Shown piece by piece: positions 31,482-34,409 of a stretch of 34,409 nt of DNA. The stretch is from Sphingomonas sp. UBA1000 (GTDB taxonomy: Bacteria > Pseudomonadota > Alphaproteobacteria > Sphingomonadales > Sphingomonadaceae), in contig DBAW01000209.1 of NCBI GenBank assembly GCA_002291855.1, positions 1 to 34,409 of the forward strand, in the 5' to 3' direction. The translations under genes were made by a program, and so were the position numbers. The notes beneath the pieces are model-generated. The model searched no databases and was not told the DNA's origin. It saw nothing but the letters and a program-made list of their open reading frames with translations. Position 1 is the first letter of the stretch, and every line of letters starts with the position of its first letter.

Positions 31482-34409
31482 TGATGCCGGACGCCCCGCT
31501 GCCGGTCTCGACAGACCGCACCGCCGAACGCGAACGTCTTGCGCGCGAGGGCATGTATCGCCCCGAGTTCGAAAGCGATTCCTGTGGCGTCGGGCTGGTC
31601 GCGGCGACCGACGGGCGGGCGTCGCGCCGCGTGGTGGCGGCGGCCATCGATGCGCTGAAGGCGGTGTGGCACCGGGGCGCGGTCGATGCCGATGGCATGA
31701 CCGGCGATGGTGCGGGGCTGCATGTCGATCTGCCGGCGCGCTTCTTCGACGATGCGATTGCCGACAGCGGTCACCGGCCGCTGCCCAACCGGCTGGCGGT
31801 CGGCATGATCTTTTTGCCGCGCACCGATCTGGCGGCGCAGGAGACGTGCCGGACGATCGTCGAATCCGAAGTGATCGATGCCGGCTACACCATCTATGGC
31901 TGGCGGCAGGTGCCGGTCGATGTGTCGGTGATCGGGCGCAAGGCGCAGGAAACCCGGCCCGAGATCGAACAGATCATGATCGCCGGCCCGCTGCCCGGCG
32001 ACCAGTCGGCCGCCGAGTTCGAGAAGAATCTCTATCTCGTCCGCCGGCGGATCGAGAAAAAGGTGATCGCCGCGCAGATTGCCGGCTTCTACATCTGTTC
32101 GCTCAGCTGCCAGTCGATCATCTACAAGGGGCTGTTCCTCGCGGAATCGCTCAGCCTGTTCTATCCCGATCTTCAGGATGAACGGTTCGAAAGCCGGCTG
32201 GCGATCTTCCACCAGCGTTATTCGACCAACACCTTCCCGCAATGGTGGCTGGCCCAGCCCTTCCGGTGCCTGGCGCACAATGGCGAGATCAACACGATCC
32301 GCGGCAACAAGAACTGGATGAAAAGCCATGAGATCAAGATGGCGAGCCTCGCCTTTGGCGAGCATAGCGAGGACATCAAGCCGCTGATCCCGGCCGGGGC
32401 GTCGGACACGGCTGCGCTCGATGCGGTGTTCGAGGCGATCTGCCGCTCGGGCCGCGACGCGCCGACCGCCAAGCTGATGCTGGTCCCCGAGGCCTGGCAG
32501 AACGAGCCGGGCATGGAGCCGGCCAAGCGGGCGATGTACGAATATCTGGCCAGCGTGATGGAACCATGGGACGGCCCGGCGGCGCTGGCGATGACCGACG
32601 GCCGCTGGGCCGTCGCGGGCATGGACCGCAACGCGCTGCGCCCGCTGCGCTATACGCTGACCGGTGACGGGCTGCTGATCGTCGGCTCCGAAACCGGCAT
32701 GGTGGTGGTGCCCGAGACGATGGTGACCGCCAAGGGGCGGCTTGGCCCCGGCGAGATGATCGCCATCGATCTGGACGAAGGCGCATTGCTGTTCGATGCC
32801 GAAATCAAGGCGCGGCTGGCGGGCGAGCATCCCTATGAGGCGATGGTCGGCGGCTTCCGCACGCTGGCCGATCTGCCGGCGGCCGAGGGCGATCCCCTGC
32901 CCGCGCTCGACCGGGCGGCGCTGACGCGGCGGCAGGTGGCGGCCGGGCTGACGCTCGAGGATATGGAGCTGATCCTGTCGCCGATGGTCGAGGACGGCAA
33001 GGAAGCCGTCGGCTCGATGGGCGACGACACGCCGCTTGCGGTGATTTCCGACAAGCCGCGCAACATCGCGCAGTTTTTCCGCCAGAATTTCAGCCAGGTC
33101 ACCAACCCGCCGATCGATTCGCTGCGCGAGCGGCATGTGATGTCGCTCAAGACGCGGTTCGGCAATCTGGCCAACATCCTCGATGTCGAGGCGCAAAGCT
33201 CAAACGTCTTGGTGCTCGACACGCCGGTGCTCAGCTGTGCCGACTGGGCGCGGCTCAAGGCGTCGTTCGGCGATCAGGCGGCCGATATCGACTGCACCTA
33301 TGAGGCCGATGGCGGGCCGGACCGGCTGCGCGCCGCCATCGCCCGCATCCGCATCGAGGCCGAACGCGCGGTGCGCGAGGGCCGGACCGAGCTGTTCCTG
33401 ACCGACGAGGGGGTGGGCGAAGAGCGCATGGCCGTGCAGATGGTGCTGGCGGCGGCGGCCGTGCACACCCATCTCGTCCGCCAGGGGCTGCGCAGCTATG
33501 CCTCGATCAATGTCCGCGCGTCGGAATGTCTCGACACCCATTATTTCGCGGTGCTGATCGGGGTCGGCGCGACCACCGTCAATGCCTGGCTGGCCGAAGC
33601 CTCGATTGCCGACCGCCATGCGCGCGGGCTGTTCGGGGCGCTCAGCCTCGATCAGGCAATCGACAATTACCGCCGCGCGATCGGCGACGGGCTGCTCAAG
33701 ATCATGTCGAAAATGGGGATCGCGGTGATCTCCAGCTATCGCGGCGGCTATAACTTCGAGGCGGTCGGGCTGAGCCGCGCGCTGGTCAACGACCTGTTTC
33801 CCGGCATGCCGGCCAGGATTTCGGGCGAAGGCTATGCCTCGATCCATCTCAATGCCCGGCTGCGCCACGAAGCGGCCTGGGATGCGGGGGTGGCGCGGCT
33901 GCCCGTCGGCGGCTTCTACCGCCAGCGCCATGACGGCGAGGTTCATGCCTATTCGGCGCAGCTGATGCACCTGTTGCAGACGGCAGTCGCCACCGACAGC
34001 TATTCGACCTATCTCGCCTTTTCGCGCGGGGTGCGTGATCTGCCGCCCGTCTATCTGCGCGACCTGCTGGAGTTCAATCCTGCGCGCGAGGCGGTGCCGC
34101 TCGACCAGGTAGAGGCGATCACCGAGATCCGCAAGCGCTTCGTGACGCCGGGGATGAGCCTGGGTGCGCTGTCGCCCGAGGCGCATGAGACGCTGGCCAT
34201 TGCGATGAACCGCATCGGTGCCAAGGCAGTGTCGGGCGAAGGCGGCGAGGATCCGGCGCGCTTCGTGCCCTATGCCAATGGCGACAATGCCAACTCGGTC
34301 ATCAAGCAGATCGCCTCGGGCCGGTTCGGCGTCACCGCCGAATATCTGGGCGCGTGCGAGGAGATCGAGATCAAGGTCGCGCAAGGGGCGAAGCCCGGCG
34401 AGGGCGGCC
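31478..34409 (+). CDS. gltB: Glutamate synthase large subunit, truncated by the right window edge
   Basis: Manual translation: MYRPEFESDSCGVG, HRGAVDADGMTGDGAG, HQRYSTNTFP, AHNGEINT, EPWDGPA, FSQVTNPPID, GMSLGALS, IKQIASGRFGV, KVAQGAKPGEGG. Absent from the ORF track because there is no stop in the window. Confidence 0.97.
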   Translation, partial: MMMPDAPLPVSTDRTAERERLAREGMYRPEFESDSCGVGLVAATDGRASRRVVAAAIDALKAVWHRGAVDADGMTGDGAGLHVDLPARFFDDAIADSGHRPLPNRLAVGMIFLPRTDLAAQETCRTIVESEVIDAGYTIYGWRQVPVDVSVIGRKAQETRPEIEQIMIAGPLPGDQSAAEFEKNLYLVRRRIEKKVIAAQIAGFYICSLSCQSIIYKGLFLAESLSLFYPDLQDERFESRLAIFHQRYSTNTFPQWWLAQPFRCLAHNGEINTIRGNKNWMKSHEIKMASLAFGEHSEDIKPLIPAGASDTAALDAVFEAICRSGRDAPTAKLMLVPEAWQNEPGMEPAKRAMYEYLASVMEPWDGPAALAMTDGRWAVAGMDRNALRPLRYTLTGDGLLIVGSETGMVVVPETMVTAKGRLGPGEMIAIDLDEGALLFDAEIKARLAGEHPYEAMVGGFRTLADLPAAEGDPLPALDRAALTRRQVAAGLTLEDMELILSPMVEDGKEAVGSMGDDTPLAVISDKPRNIAQFFRQNFSQVTNPPIDSLRERHVMSLKTRFGNLANILDVEAQSSNVLVLDTPVLSCADWARLKASFGDQAADIDCTYEADGGPDRLRAAIARIRIEAERAVREGRTELFLTDEGVGEERMAVQMVLAAAAVHTHLVRQGLRSYASINVRASECLDTHYFAVLIGVGATTVNAWLAEASIADRHARGLFGALSLDQAIDNYRRAIGDGLLKIMSKMGIAVISSYRGGYNFEAVGLSRALVNDLFPGMPARISGEGYASIHLNARLRHEAAWDAGVARLPVGGFYRQRHDGEVHAYSAQLMHLLQTAVATDSYSTYLAFSRGVRDLPPVYLRDLLEFNPAREAVPLDQVEAITEIRKRFVTPGMSLGALSPEAHETLAIAMNRIGAKAVSGEGGEDPARFVPYANGDNANSVIKQIASGRFGVTAEYLGACEEIEIKVAQGAKPGEGG

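Noticed and set aside
29194-34384. Long minus-strand ORFs (486, 689 and 394 aa)
   Set aside because: Antisense shadows of gltD and gltB.

Overview
High-GC alphaproteobacterial DNA, probably a sphingomonad judging by gene content. Bases 1 to ~27,020 are one end of an integrative element (ICE-like island) inserted at the 3' end of tRNA-Leu(CAG). From left to right it carries: (1) a leading-region-type module (parB-like, DUF2958, ardC) behind a large nested stem-loop; (2) a four-gene bacterial ubiquitin-like (Bil-type) anti-phage operon whose Ubl appears to have three domains; (3) a divergent Xre/MbcA-type antitoxin plus a RES-fold partner that appears to have lost all three R-E-S catalytic residues, with shared palindromic operators; (4) a small Cys/His-rich protein; (5) an IS2-group IS3 element with a frameshifted transposase; (6) an FseA-type activator split by a +1 programmed frameshift; (7) luxR-luxI-phyH-gntR; (8) a two-precursor lasso peptide cluster with isopeptidase, TonB-dependent receptor and FecR/FecI; (9) two hypothetical genes and a P4-type integrase. 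Right of the tRNA is core genome: an NDUFA9-like SDR, uppP, gltD, a DUF2059-like gene and partial gltB. The best candidates for something undescribed are the Xre/pseudo-RES pair as a possible regulator of the Bil operon, and the coupling of AHL quorum sensing, FseA and lasso peptides on one element. Family assignments come from motif recognition by eye; no searches were run.
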